Shown in pieces: positions 1 through 9,665 of a stretch of 64,000 nt of DNA; position 1 is the first letter of the stretch, and every line of letters starts with the position of its first letter. Position numbers and translations under genes: made by a program. The DNA comes from an uncultured virus (IMG/VR IMGVR_UViG_3300049825_000444). Its lineage: Duplodnaviria; Heunggongvirae; Uroviricota; Caudoviricetes. The notes beneath the pieces were generated by a model. That model was given only the letters and a program-made list of their open reading frames with translations. It made no database searches and had not been told where the DNA came from. Location: the IMG/VR virus record IMGVR_UViG_3300049825_000444; one strand, 5' to 3'.

Positions 1-77
1 CTTATAAAGAAGAAAAAGATCTACATAAAAAAATTAATACTGGTAAAAAAACTTTTATTGGAGTATAAGGAGTTTAA

Positions 78-536
78 ATGTATTACGATAAAACTGTTAA
101 TTTTAATATTTTACTAGGTAAAACACTTAAATTTGTGACAGTTAGTTCAGAAGAACTTTTATTTGAAACAATTGAAGGTGAAAAATTTAAAATGTATCAC
201 TCACAAAACTGTTGTGAGTCAGTTACTGTTGAAGACGTTACAGGGGATGTAAATGATTTACTTAGTAGTCCTATTTTATTAGCAGAAGAAGTATCAAATA
301 ATGAACCACCTGATAAAGTTAGAGACACAAGGGAAGCTGCTTATAATAAACAAAAAGAAGAACAAGGTGAAGATTTTTATTCTTACGGACCCTCACCAGA
401 AAATGGATTTACTGAAGAATCTGAAACTTGGACATTTTATAAACTAGCAACGATCAAAGGATCTGTAACAATTCGTTGGTATGGTACTTCTAATGGATAT
501 TATTCTGAATCAGTAGATTTTGAAAGGGCAAACTAA
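78..536 (+). CDS. Conserved phage hypothetical protein
   Basis: 152 aa; GGAG SD upstream; YHxQxCCESV and WYGTSNGYYSE motifs typical of a widespread phage family. Confidence 0.7.
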   Translation: MYYDKTVNFNILLGKTLKFVTVSSEELLFETIEGEKFKMYHSQNCCESVTVEDVTGDVNDLLSSPILLAEEVSNNEPPDKVRDTREAAYNKQKEEQGEDFYSYGPSPENGFTEESETWTFYKLATIKGSVTIRWYGTSNGYYSESVDFERAN

Positions 537-739
537 TGGATACACACCCCTGTCCTGAATGTGGGCATAAAGTTTGGAAAGAATCTTATGTTAGCTGTGA
601 AGATTGTGGTGATCATACCGCTGTAGAATGTTTAAATTGTTTTGAAAGATTCGACCATGTGTGGGGATCTAAAGTATATGATAAAGTATGTGCTTCCTAT
701 GGTGTAAAGCATGCTTGGGATATTAAACATGAAGAATAA
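536..739 (+). CDS. Small zinc-finger-like protein
   Basis: Three CxxC pairs; stop/start overlap with upstream gene. Confidence 0.6.
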   Translation: MDTHPCPECGHKVWKESYVSCEDCGDHTAVECLNCFERFDHVWGSKVYDKVCASYGVKHAWDIKHEE

Positions 740-881
740 ATCAAAAGAAAGTCTTTTGTCTTTATTTACAATTAAAGACGATTTATATTTCTTAAAAAGA
801 AACAAAACTAAATTTATTACCAAAATGACTGATAAAACTTACTACGAATTAATACAAGTTTTAGAGAGTAAATTAAAATGA
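729..881 (+). CDS. Small hypothetical protein (50 aa, below ORF-track cutoff)
   Basis: MKNKSKESLL...ESKLK fills the gap and ends in an ATGA overlap with 878. Confidence 0.45.
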   Translation: MKNKSKESLLSLFTIKDDLYFLKRNKTKFITKMTDKTYYELIQVLESKLK

Positions 882-1303
882 TTCATTATATTAAAGGTGA
901 TTTATTTAAAGCTCCGGCCACACAACTAAAAGTCCATGCTTGTAATTGTCAAGGTGTATGGGGTTCAGGTGTTGCGGTTCAATTTAAAGACAAGTACCCC
1001 CTTGAGTATTTTTTATATAACATGTTTTGCTTAAAATACGAAAACCTATTACAAGGTAAAGCATTAATCCTGAATAATATCGGATGTTTATTCACTTCTA
1101 AGAATTATGGGAATAAAGTTGACTCCCCAGAGCAAATAGTTTATAATACAGAGAAAGCTATTAGAGACTTAATCAGTAAGACCACTATGGATATAGCAAT
1201 GCCTAAGATTAACTCAGGATTGTTTAAAGTACCATGGGAACAAACTGAAGCGGTTTTGAAACAGTTTCCACATGTAAATTTTTATGTATACACAGGAGAA
1301 TAA
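878..1303 (+). CDS. Macro domain protein (Poa1p/TARG1-like ADP-ribose hydrolase)
   Basis: KGDLF, HACNCQGVWGSGVAVQF and MPKINSGLF motifs. Confidence 0.85.
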   Translation: MIHYIKGDLFKAPATQLKVHACNCQGVWGSGVAVQFKDKYPLEYFLYNMFCLKYENLLQGKALILNNIGCLFTSKNYGNKVDSPEQIVYNTEKAIRDLISKTTMDIAMPKINSGLFKVPWEQTEAVLKQFPHVNFYVYTGE

Positions 1304-1304
1304 T

Positions 1305-1562
1305 ATGAATGTAAATTTTGGACAAAATCTTTATAAAGTAACTAAAGTTAAAGTAAAAAATCAAGATTCTAGAATGGTAACTATTAATGATTCATTTGTT
1401 GGACAAGCTGAAATTGCTGGACAAAGACTAATGGTTGGTAATGTAAATTATGGAGATGGGCTTGTAACCTCTGCTATTGAAATTTTAACTTTAGATAAAT
1501 CCGGCAACTGGTTAGTAGAAACTAGAAATAGTGTTTATACTATGGAAAGACTAAATGACTAA
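1305..1562 (+). CDS. Hypothetical protein
   Basis: AGGAG SD before the ATG at 1305; C-terminal ETRNSVY motif common in small phage proteins. Confidence 0.55.
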   Translation: MNVNFGQNLYKVTKVKVKNQDSRMVTINDSFVGQAEIAGQRLMVGNVNYGDGLVTSAIEILTLDKSGNWLVETRNSVYTMERLND

Positions 1563-1822
1563 TGAGATCAATTTATATTATTGCACCAACTATTATACTG
1601 TCCATTATGTTTGCAACGCTGCTTTCGGGATTAGTCGGTTTCATCACTACCTTTGTTGGATTTAGTATTGCTGGTGCTTTTCTTTATCCTTCTTATAAAG
1701 AAATTCACACATATGAATCTGCAAGAAATACTAGAATTAAATTAGCAGAAAAAATGTTACAAGAAGGTAAAATTCAAAATACAAAACAGTATTTTGATAT
1801 TATACAGGGAAAGAATATTTAA
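1562..1822 (+). CDS. Hypothetical membrane protein
   Basis: Long hydrophobic N-terminus; coupled to neighbours. Confidence 0.55.
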   Translation: MRSIYIIAPTIILSIMFATLLSGLVGFITTFVGFSIAGAFLYPSYKEIHTYESARNTRIKLAEKMLQEGKIQNTKQYFDIIQGKNI

Positions 1823-2058
1823 TGAAAAAAGTAATTTTAAATGAAAAATATGAATTAGGTGCTGGACTTGGATGTTGGGCAAAATCAAGAGAATATGTAA
1901 CTATTCAACCTGGTGATGTAAGATTTATTGGTGGAATGTTAATGTATGCTTATAGTGTTAAATATTGTTTAATAACTTGTGAAGTAAATTGGACCCCTAT
2001 TGATCATAGACAAAATTTTGAAGATTTAAGAAATTGGATGAATAGAATAAATGATTAA
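1822..2058 (+). CDS. Hypothetical protein
   Basis: Translationally coupled ORF. Confidence 0.5.
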   Translation: MKKVILNEKYELGAGLGCWAKSREYVTIQPGDVRFIGGMLMYAYSVKYCLITCEVNWTPIDHRQNFEDLRNWMNRIND

Positions 2059-3160
2059 ACTAAGCCATTCTGGAATTTCGAGATATAGCACTTGTCCTAA
2101 ATCTTATGAATACAGATATGTAAAACGTATTGTAAGTAAGTACAAAGGATCTGCTTTATATTTTGGTTCTGCTATGGATGAGGCATTAAATTTTCTTTTA
2201 CTTAATATTCAAATTCCTGAAGTATATGATCAAGCATATAATGTATTTATTGATAAATGGACTAAACAGGCTGACAATGAATATAAAGAAGTGGACTTAG
2301 CTAAAAATAAATTTATTCTTTATTCAAAATATGATTTTGATCCTAATTTTATTGAAAAAAAAGAATGGGCGGAGCTTTTTCGATTAGTTCAAAATCCCAT
2401 TGAATATAGAGATCAAATTAAAGAAAAACTAAAGACCCTAGATTTTAAAGATCTTACAGAAGAAGAAAAAGAATATTACAACTATACATCCTGGTTGTCT
2501 ATTAAAAATAAAGCAAAGCTTTTGATTGATGAGTATATTAAAAGATTCTTACCGGAAATTGATGAGGTTCTTGAAGTTCAAAAGAAACTAGAAGTAGATG
2601 ACGGCTCAGGAAATAAGCTCACTGGTGTTATTGACTTTATCTGTAGACTAAAAGATGGTAGAGTTGCTATTATTGACAATAAAACTAGCAGCATTGAATA
2701 TGATGAAGAAGATTCCGTTACAACTTCAGCACAATTAGCTTTGTATAAAAATGTAATAAATAATGATCCCGAATCTAAGTATAAAATTGATGTTTGTGGT
2801 TACTTTGTTTTATCTAAGAAAATTGAAGTAGAAACTACTAAGATTTGTAAATCCTGTGGATTTAAAGGTGAAGGAAGTCATAAAACTTGTAATAATGAAA
2901 TTGATGGTAAACGCTGTGGTGGAGATTGGGATAAAACTAAAAAATATACAGTAAATACTCAAATGATCATTAATCCAATCAGTGATCATGTTCAGGATAT
3001 GGTAGTTTCAAATGCTGATGAAGTAAAAAAATGTATTGAGGCTGAGTTATTCCCCCGAAATTTTGGATCTTGTGAGGGTAAATTTGGTCGTTGTGAATTT
3101 TACAATTTATGCTATAAAAATGATAAAAAAGATTTAATTAAACTAGAGGATAAAAAATGA
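2051..3160 (+). CDS. PD-(D/E)XK Cas4/RecB-like exonuclease
   Basis: LSHS..CP N-terminus, GVIDF...IIDNKT, QLALY, C-terminal Cys cluster, inserted Zn ribbon. Confidence 0.85.
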   Translation: MIKLSHSGISRYSTCPKSYEYRYVKRIVSKYKGSALYFGSAMDEALNFLLLNIQIPEVYDQAYNVFIDKWTKQADNEYKEVDLAKNKFILYSKYDFDPNFIEKKEWAELFRLVQNPIEYRDQIKEKLKTLDFKDLTEEEKEYYNYTSWLSIKNKAKLLIDEYIKRFLPEIDEVLEVQKKLEVDDGSGNKLTGVIDFICRLKDGRVAIIDNKTSSIEYDEEDSVTTSAQLALYKNVINNDPESKYKIDVCGYFVLSKKIEVETTKICKSCGFKGEGSHKTCNNEIDGKRCGGDWDKTKKYTVNTQMIINPISDHVQDMVVSNADEVKKCIEAELFPRNFGSCEGKFGRCEFYNLCYKNDKKDLIKLEDKK

Positions 3161-3441
3161 GTAAAAGTAAAGCTAAATTTATTGAAGAACAAGATGATTT
3201 ATTTCAAGACTTAGTTGGTGAAGACAGTGAAGTAGAAGCTGGCTATCATGGTAAAGCAATTTACCCTATGTTTAATAAAGATACTAAAAAATATGAGTAT
3301 CTATATATTTACATTGATGAAAACAGTAAATCAGTAGTTAAAACTGAAGTATTTGTTACTAGATTTGAACATGAGTATCAAATTGAACATGACATTTCAA
3401 AATATTTTGCAGATTTCTTTACTAAGAACAAAAAAAGTTAG
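3157..3441 (+). CDS. Hypothetical protein
   Basis: ATGA overlap; GAGG SD. Confidence 0.6.
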   Translation: MSKSKAKFIEEQDDLFQDLVGEDSEVEAGYHGKAIYPMFNKDTKKYEYLYIYIDENSKSVVKTEVFVTRFEHEYQIEHDISKYFADFFTKNKKS

Positions 3442-3470
3442 TTGCACTATAAATAAATTTATAGTATAAT
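3442..3470 (+). promoter_or_regulatory. sigma70-type promoter
   Basis: TTGCAC-N17-TATAAT upstream of the ERF gene. Confidence 0.65.
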
Positions 3471-3488
3471 ACTGTTATAGGAGAATAA

Positions 3489-4031
3489 ATGAAAGAATTA
3501 GTTAAAAAACTTACTAAAATTCAAAAAGAACTTAAGGCACCCAAAAGTCAATTTAACAAATTTGGAAATTATAAATATCGCAATCAAGAAGACATTCTTG
3601 AAGCGGTAAAGCCTTTATTGGGTGAACTTGTTCTAACTGTTTCAGATGAAGTTGTTGCTATTGGTAATAGAATTTATATTAAAGCAACAATTAATATTAC
3701 AGATGGTGTTGATTCTATTTCTAATACAGCATATGCTAGAGAAGCTGAGGTTCAGAAGGGGATGAATGAGGCACAAATTACTGGATCAGCAAGTTCTTAT
3801 GCTAGAAAATATGCATTAAATGGGTTATTTTTAATTGATGATACTAAAGATGATGATAGTGATGAAGTTACCGCTAAAACTAAAGGACTTGTTCTTGATT
3901 CTGAACCTAAATCCACCACTACTACACCAGCAGAAAAAACGGAAGCTAAACCTATGGTAGCGGTTAAACCAACTACAACATCAAAATGGGCAAAACCTAA
4001 AACTAAACCTGAAAATGGAGATTTATACTAA
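3489..4031 (+). CDS. erf: ERF-family ssDNA annealing protein
   Basis: KAPKSQFNKFGNYKYR..EDILEAVKP and QITGSASSYARKYALNGLF. Confidence 0.92.
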   Translation: MKELVKKLTKIQKELKAPKSQFNKFGNYKYRNQEDILEAVKPLLGELVLTVSDEVVAIGNRIYIKATINITDGVDSISNTAYAREAEVQKGMNEAQITGSASSYARKYALNGLFLIDDTKDDDSDEVTAKTKGLVLDSEPKSTTTTPAEKTEAKPMVAVKPTTTSKWAKPKTKPENGDLY

Positions 4032-4456
4032 TGCAAGTACAAGAAACAGAAGAAAAAAAAGAAGCATCTCAAGTTGACCAAGTCGGTGAGTTACGTCGCT
4101 TAGCCGAAGTAAAACATAAGACTTATTCTAAATTAATGGAAATTCATTTGAATAATAATCTAACAGTTCTTATGTCAACAAACGGTGTTTCTTATAATAA
4201 AAAGAATCAAGCTAGACAAGCAATTGTTGAAGCATTTCAACTAGTTCTAGACTTTGGGCTTGGCATTACAGATGCTAATATTACAGTACAAGGAACACTT
4301 GGATCTAATGCTGCAAAAATGGCAGCAATCTTTGCTCAAGCTAATGATAACCGTATGTTATTGTTGGCTGATAGACTTAATCAAGAAAATGAACTAAATA
4401 ATAACGAAACAGCAACTACTTCAGTTGCAGAAAAGGATACAAATAATGAGCAGTAA
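4031..4456 (+). CDS. Hypothetical protein
   Basis: Coupled ORF. Confidence 0.6.
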   Translation: MQVQETEEKKEASQVDQVGELRRLAEVKHKTYSKLMEIHLNNNLTVLMSTNGVSYNKKNQARQAIVEAFQLVLDFGLGITDANITVQGTLGSNAAKMAAIFAQANDNRMLLLADRLNQENELNNNETATTSVAEKDTNNEQ

Positions 4457-4778
4457 ATATGGATCTAAACCAGCAGGAGCTTCTGGAGCAGTAAAAAAAT
4501 CGGCTTATGCTAAACTTTTGGATGTACGCACTGTACAAACTAAAAACGGGGAAGCAAGAAAACTTGTTCTAGGTGAAGGAGTTGAAATTCTTTTAGACGG
4601 TAAAAAAGTTGATATGGGAGAATATAATTCAGCATTCCTACAGGATGTTGATTCTATGGTAGCCCGACTTGAAAAACTAGCCGATGACGGTAAGCTTGGT
4701 ATTGACTTTGTTGAAAGTCAAAAAGAATATCTAGCAAAAAAGAATATTCTTTCCGTACTTGAAATTAAACGTCCATAG
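4446..4778 (+). CDS. Hypothetical protein in the recombination/replication operon
   Basis: AAGGA SD before the ATG at 4446. Confidence 0.55.
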   Translation: MSSKYGSKPAGASGAVKKSAYAKLLDVRTVQTKNGEARKLVLGEGVEILLDGKKVDMGEYNSAFLQDVDSMVARLEKLADDGKLGIDFVESQKEYLAKKNILSVLEIKRP

Positions 4779-4787
4779 TAGTATAAT
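4759..4787 (+). promoter_or_regulatory. sigma70-type promoter
   Basis: TTGAAA-N17-TATAAT. Confidence 0.5.
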
Positions 4788-4807
4788 AAATATTAATTAA
4801 CACAAGG

Positions 4808-4842
4808 AAAGTGTTACACCTAAAAAGTGTAGCACTTTTTTT
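4808..4842 (+). terminator. Intrinsic terminator-like hairpin
   Basis: GTGTTACAC-loop-GTGTAGCAC followed by a T7 run. Confidence 0.7.
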
Positions 4843-4858
4843 ATGCTTGGAGAATTTA

Positions 4859-6868
4859 ATGAATTTATATAAAGCTTTTTCAACTGGATTAAACAAAAGA
4901 GAACTTATTAAATACGACGAGAATTATAGAGCCGTAGTTGAAGCTAAAATCCTAAAAGATTTAGATAAAGACTATTATGAGTCTATTTATTTATACAACG
5001 ATTCACAATATGAACAATTCAAAAAAAGTAAGTCATTAGCGGGAATTTCTGGGCTGAAAACAGATCGCATTGTATTTGATTTTGACTCAACTAATCCTGA
5101 AGAAGCTAGACAAGATGCTGTTCAACTTATTTCAAGACTTTCTGAAACATTCTCAGAAGACACCATTGGTTGTTATTTTTCTGGCAACAAAGGTGTTCAT
5201 GTTGAATTAAAATTAAATCATTTTATTAATAAAAAAGAATTTTCAACTTTTGTAGATAATTATGCTTCAGATTTAAAAACATTTGATGCTAAAATTAGAG
5301 ATGAACAAAGAATCTTTAGATGTCCAATGACGAAAAATACTAAGTCTGGATTATTTAAAGTTCCATTAACTGCATCAGAAATTATTAAAAATAATATTGA
5401 TCAAATTAAAGAAATTGCAAAAGATCCACAGATATCACATGATACATTGATCAATTCTTGGAAACCTGTTGACATTTCTAATAAAATTAAAGAATTAACT
5501 GTTCCAGTAAAAACAGAAATTCCAACCGAATTAGATATTGAAGTTTTAGATAAACCTGATATGTCCAGAAAACCAAAACATTTAACAGAAGCTAAGTATG
5601 TGTTATTTGAAGGTTTTTTTGAAGAAACTGAACGCAATGAAGCTTGTATGATTTTGGCGGCAACTTGTCGCTACTTAGGTTATAACAAAGAATTAGCCTA
5701 TAATATGATTAAAGGCACTCTAAGACTTAGAGCTAGAAGATTAAACCTTCCAGATTATGATAGATCGGAACTATGGACTACAGTAATTAATCCTGTATAT
5801 TCACCTACTTGGAAAGGTGGAACTTTCTCAGAGGATGAAGGTTTACTTAAGAAAGTAATTGAAAGATATAGTTTAAATAAGTTAAATGTTCAAACTCATG
5901 AGCTTGTTAGTCTTAATAGTGTATCTGATTATTTTAAAGATTTTGCTTTAAATATTGATAAAAATACTATTAAACTTGGAATTAATGAAGTTGATAAACA
6001 GGTGAGAATTACTACAGGAATGCTAGTTACTTTACTAGCAGCACCAGGAGCTGGAAAATCAAGTATTGCAATGTCAATTGTTAATTATGTATCTAAAAAT
6101 AACGAAAAATGTATTTTCTTTAGTTTAGACATGTCCATGCAACAAACATTTCAAAGATTAATTCAGAAACATACCGGACAAGATGGTGATACTATTTTTG
6201 AGAATTATAAAAATTCTAAAGATTCAGAAACTAAAAAATATTTAGAAATTTTAAGTGATGAATATAAAAATGTAATGTTTTCATTTAGATCGGGATTAAC
6301 TGTTGAAAATATTAGAGAAATGATTATTAATGAAAACAATATTAGAGGTGTTCTACCTAAATTGATAGTGGTTGACTATTTAGAGTGTCTACATGGTCCA
6401 TTTAGTGATCCAAATGCAAATAAAGCTATTATAGCAACACAATTAAAGGATATTGCAAATCAATTTGGTGTATGTGTGTTGTTACTAGTTCAACCAAGAC
6501 TTTCTGCTGGTGGACCGGCTGGGGAATTAAATAGTTATACTGATATTAAAGGTTCTTCTGTTATTGGTGAAGCTTCTGCTGTAGTTATGACTATGAGTAG
6601 ACCAGGCTTTAACCCTAAAGATAGTAGTGATGATAAATACGCAACTATTACGGTTGTTAAGAATCGCATGGGACAATTAAGTTCTACCGATCTTGGATTT
6701 GATGGTTTAACTGGAAACGTATTTACTTTAGATCAACAAGCTAAAGTTCGACTTAAAACTTTACGAGATTCTTTAGCAAATCAAGAATCAGATGAGGAAT
6801 ATGCTGGAAAGACTTCTGGATGGAAAAAACCATCTTTTAATAAAAATACAGGTGGAGATTTGTATTAA
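4859..6868 (+). CDS. AEP primase / SF4 (DnaB-like) helicase fusion
   Basis: DFD and FSGNKGVH AEP motifs; AAPGAGKS Walker A; VVDYLE Walker B; VKNRMG; GGAG SD before the ATG at 4859. Confidence 0.9.
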   Translation: MNLYKAFSTGLNKRELIKYDENYRAVVEAKILKDLDKDYYESIYLYNDSQYEQFKKSKSLAGISGLKTDRIVFDFDSTNPEEARQDAVQLISRLSETFSEDTIGCYFSGNKGVHVELKLNHFINKKEFSTFVDNYASDLKTFDAKIRDEQRIFRCPMTKNTKSGLFKVPLTASEIIKNNIDQIKEIAKDPQISHDTLINSWKPVDISNKIKELTVPVKTEIPTELDIEVLDKPDMSRKPKHLTEAKYVLFEGFFEETERNEACMILAATCRYLGYNKELAYNMIKGTLRLRARRLNLPDYDRSELWTTVINPVYSPTWKGGTFSEDEGLLKKVIERYSLNKLNVQTHELVSLNSVSDYFKDFALNIDKNTIKLGINEVDKQVRITTGMLVTLLAAPGAGKSSIAMSIVNYVSKNNEKCIFFSLDMSMQQTFQRLIQKHTGQDGDTIFENYKNSKDSETKKYLEILSDEYKNVMFSFRSGLTVENIREMIINENNIRGVLPKLIVVDYLECLHGPFSDPNANKAIIATQLKDIANQFGVCVLLLVQPRLSAGGPAGELNSYTDIKGSSVIGEASAVVMTMSRPGFNPKDSSDDKYATITVVKNRMGQLSSTDLGFDGLTGNVFTLDQQAKVRLKTLRDSLANQESDEEYAGKTSGWKKPSFNKNTGGDLY

Positions 6869-8382
6869 TGTATGAAAATGATTTAATTTTTGGAAAAAAC
6901 AAACTTGAAAATATTGTAAGTGTTGAACCTGATGAGGACCAGCTTATTGTATTTCAAGAAATCAACGGAAAAGTTGAAAAGCAATTTATTCCAAATAAAT
7001 ATTGGATTTTAACTAATCAACTTATTTCAAGTAAGCAAGTTGAATTATCCGGTGATCAACATTATAAGTATATGTGTTTATTTGATTCTATAGAAGAACA
7101 ACGTAAAGTTAGAAGTTTAATTAGAAAAAAGAATATTGACAAATGGGATGTTTGGGATTTAAAAGAAGCATCTCTTTTGTATCATGGTATGACATACTAT
7201 AAAGGACTGAATCCTAAAGATATTTCAATTCTATTTTTTGATATTGAGACCACAGGATTAGTTCATGATAAAAATAGTCGAGTATTACTTATTTCTAATA
7301 CATTTCGTAAAAATGGTAAAATAGTTAAAAAACTATTTGCGTATGATGACTATAAATCTGATGCTGAAATGCTCAAGGATTGGTGTAAATGGGTTAGGGA
7401 TATGGACCCCAGCATTATGTGTGGACATAATATTTATGGATTTGACTTTCCATATTTACAACATTGCTTTAATTTGAATAATATTAATATGAACTTAGGA
7501 CGAGACAATTCTAGTTTAAAATTTAATGATTATACATCTAAAAAACGTAAAGATGGTTCTCAGGATATTGAATATTACAACTGTTTTATTTGGGGTAGAG
7601 AAATTGTTGATTCCATGTTTTTAGCTATTACTTATGACGTAGGTCGCAAATACGAAAGCTATGGATTAAAAGCTATTATTGCACATGAAGGTTTAGAAAA
7701 AAAAGACCGAACATTCTATGATGCTGGTGAAATTAGAAACAGATACAAAGATCCTGTAGAATGGAAAAAGATTAAAGCTTATGCTACTGACGATGCCGAC
7801 GATGCTATGAGTTTATTTGATTTAATGATTCCTGCTTATTTTTATTTTACACAATCTGTAAGTAAAACTTTTCAACAAATGATTAATAGTGCTACGGGTG
7901 GACAGTTAAACAATATTATGGTAAGAAGTTACTTACAGCATGGACATAGCATTGCTAAAGCTGATGAAGCTAATCATTTTCTTGGTGCTATTAGCTTTGG
8001 TGTACCTGGTATTTATTCTAATGCCTTCAAGCAAGATATTTCTTCACTTTACCCGTCTATCATAAGACAATATTCTATATACAACAAACAAAAAGATCCT
8101 GAAGCTAATTTTTTAAAAATGGTAGAATATTTTACATTAGAACGTTTAAAGAATAAAAAACTCTCTAAAGACGCTCATAGTAATTATTATAAAGATTTAG
8201 AACAAAGTCAAAAAGTAGGAATTAACAGTGCTTATGGATTTTTAGGTAGTCAGGGTTTAAATTACAATTATCCATTTGGTGGAGCTGAAGTTACTAGATA
8301 TGGTAGAGAAATTTTAGAAAAAGCTGTTATATTTTCTACAGGTAAAAATGTTAATTATTGGAAAGAAAAAATTAATGAATAA
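6868..8382 (+). CDS. Family B DNA polymerase, N-terminal part (3'-5' exonuclease, motifs A and B)
   Basis: FDIET, HNIYGFDFPYL, YATDD, DISSLYPSII, KVGINSAYG; no DTDS. Confidence 0.92.
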   Translation: MYENDLIFGKNKLENIVSVEPDEDQLIVFQEINGKVEKQFIPNKYWILTNQLISSKQVELSGDQHYKYMCLFDSIEEQRKVRSLIRKKNIDKWDVWDLKEASLLYHGMTYYKGLNPKDISILFFDIETTGLVHDKNSRVLLISNTFRKNGKIVKKLFAYDDYKSDAEMLKDWCKWVRDMDPSIMCGHNIYGFDFPYLQHCFNLNNINMNLGRDNSSLKFNDYTSKKRKDGSQDIEYYNCFIWGREIVDSMFLAITYDVGRKYESYGLKAIIAHEGLEKKDRTFYDAGEIRNRYKDPVEWKKIKAYATDDADDAMSLFDLMIPAYFYFTQSVSKTFQQMINSATGGQLNNIMVRSYLQHGHSIAKADEANHFLGAISFGVPGIYSNAFKQDISSLYPSIIRQYSIYNKQKDPEANFLKMVEYFTLERLKNKKLSKDAHSNYYKDLEQSQKVGINSAYGFLGSQGLNYNYPFGGAEVTRYGREILEKAVIFSTGKNVNYWKEKINE

Positions 8383-8860
8383 CTATTTAAAATTACCAAT
8401 TTTTAGTAAAAAATATGGGTGTAAATTTGTTACAATAGATAAAGAAGATTTTAATAAAATTAAAAATTATAAACTTAGATTATCAAAAACTACTAATGGA
8501 TTTTATGTAAATTGTCGATTAAAAGGTTCTAAATTATCAAAAACATTACATAGTATAATTATGGAAACAAAATTTATTGATCATATAAATGGTAACCCAT
8601 TGGATAATAGAAAATCTAATTTAAGAAATGCAAATTATTTTACTAATAATCGTAATAGTGCAAAAAGAAAAGATTATAAATACTCTAAATATAAAGGTGT
8701 TGGTAAAAATTATAGAAATCAATGGATTGCCAGAATTCAATTTAATAACAAAAGAATTTTAATAGGCACATTTAAAACCGCATTAGAAGCAGCTAAAGCT
8801 TATGACATTAAAGCTAAAGAACTTCATAAAGAATTTGCGAGATTAAATTTTTATGAATAA
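8375..8860 (+). CDS. HNH-AP2 homing endonuclease
   Basis: DHINGNPLDNRKSNLR, then an AP2 domain (SKYKGV..WIARI..GTF..A.EAAKAYD). Confidence 0.9.
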   Translation: MNNYLKLPIFSKKYGCKFVTIDKEDFNKIKNYKLRLSKTTNGFYVNCRLKGSKLSKTLHSIIMETKFIDHINGNPLDNRKSNLRNANYFTNNRNSAKRKDYKYSKYKGVGKNYRNQWIARIQFNNKRILIGTFKTALEAAKAYDIKAKELHKEFARLNFYE

Positions 8861-9665
8861 TATTTTAATTAATTGTGACACAGATTCCATCATGATAGCA
8901 AAACATGATGGTAGTCCATGGTCCAAAGAAGAACAAAAATTGTTTTTGGATTCTTTAAATTCACAATTCCCAGATAAAATTAGATTTGAACATGATGGTG
9001 TATTTTCTAAAGTAATTGTAGTAAAATCTAAAAATTACATTTTGCTACCTGAAGGTGAACAGAAATGTAAATTAAAAGGTTCATCTATAAAAGATCAAAA
9101 AAAAGAACCGGCACTTAGGGAGATGTTAGAAAAACTAATTGATGCTTTATTATATGACAGACAAGATACTTTGGTTGACATCTATCACTCATATATTAAA
9201 GAAGCTATGAATGTTCAAGATATTAAACGCTGGTCTCAAAAGAAAACGCTAACAGAATCAATCTTGGACTGTAAAGGCTGGACAGAATCTGACATTGAGT
9301 CTAAAGAACTCAGGAAAAATGAATGTGACGTTTGGGATGCTATTAAAAACGAAGAAGGTACTCAACAGGGTGATAAAATCTATGTTTATCCTTTAATTCT
9401 AGGTCAAAAGATAATTCCTGGTGGAATATCAGAAAAAACAGGAAAACCTTTAAAGGATAAAGTTAAGGAAATCAATGGGTTACGTCTTATTAAATATTGG
9501 AATAATGATCACGATATTGAAAAGCTTTTAGAACGAATATATGCTACCGTATGTATTTTTCAATCTATAATTGACATAAACCAATTTATTGATTATAATA
9601 GTAAAAAGAATAAACATCTATTGGAGAATTTTAATAATGAAATTTTACAAAGCAAAAAAAGTTGA
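8853..9665 (+). CDS. Family B DNA polymerase, C-terminal part (motif C and thumb)
   Basis: NCDTDSIM, KSKNY, KLKGSSIK. Confidence 0.88.
   Translation: MNNILINCDTDSIMIAKHDGSPWSKEEQKLFLDSLNSQFPDKIRFEHDGVFSKVIVVKSKNYILLPEGEQKCKLKGSSIKDQKKEPALREMLEKLIDALLYDRQDTLVDIYHSYIKEAMNVQDIKRWSQKKTLTESILDCKGWTESDIESKELRKNECDVWDAIKNEEGTQQGDKIYVYPLILGQKIIPGGISEKTGKPLKDKVKEINGLRLIKYWNNDHDIEKLLERIYATVCIFQSIIDINQFIDYNSKKNKHLLENFNNEILQSKKS

Noticed and set aside
2051..3160. Cas4 as a sign of CRISPR-Cas
   Set aside because: No array or other cas genes; it is a typical phage exonuclease next to ERF.
4811..4858. GTG start of the primase-helicase at 4811
   Set aside because: It lies within the terminator hairpin; the ATG at 4859 has a GGAG SD.
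8340..8900. Group I intron in the polymerase gene
   Set aside because: The ORFs overlap with no non-coding flanks, and I found no P7 (R/S) core elements.
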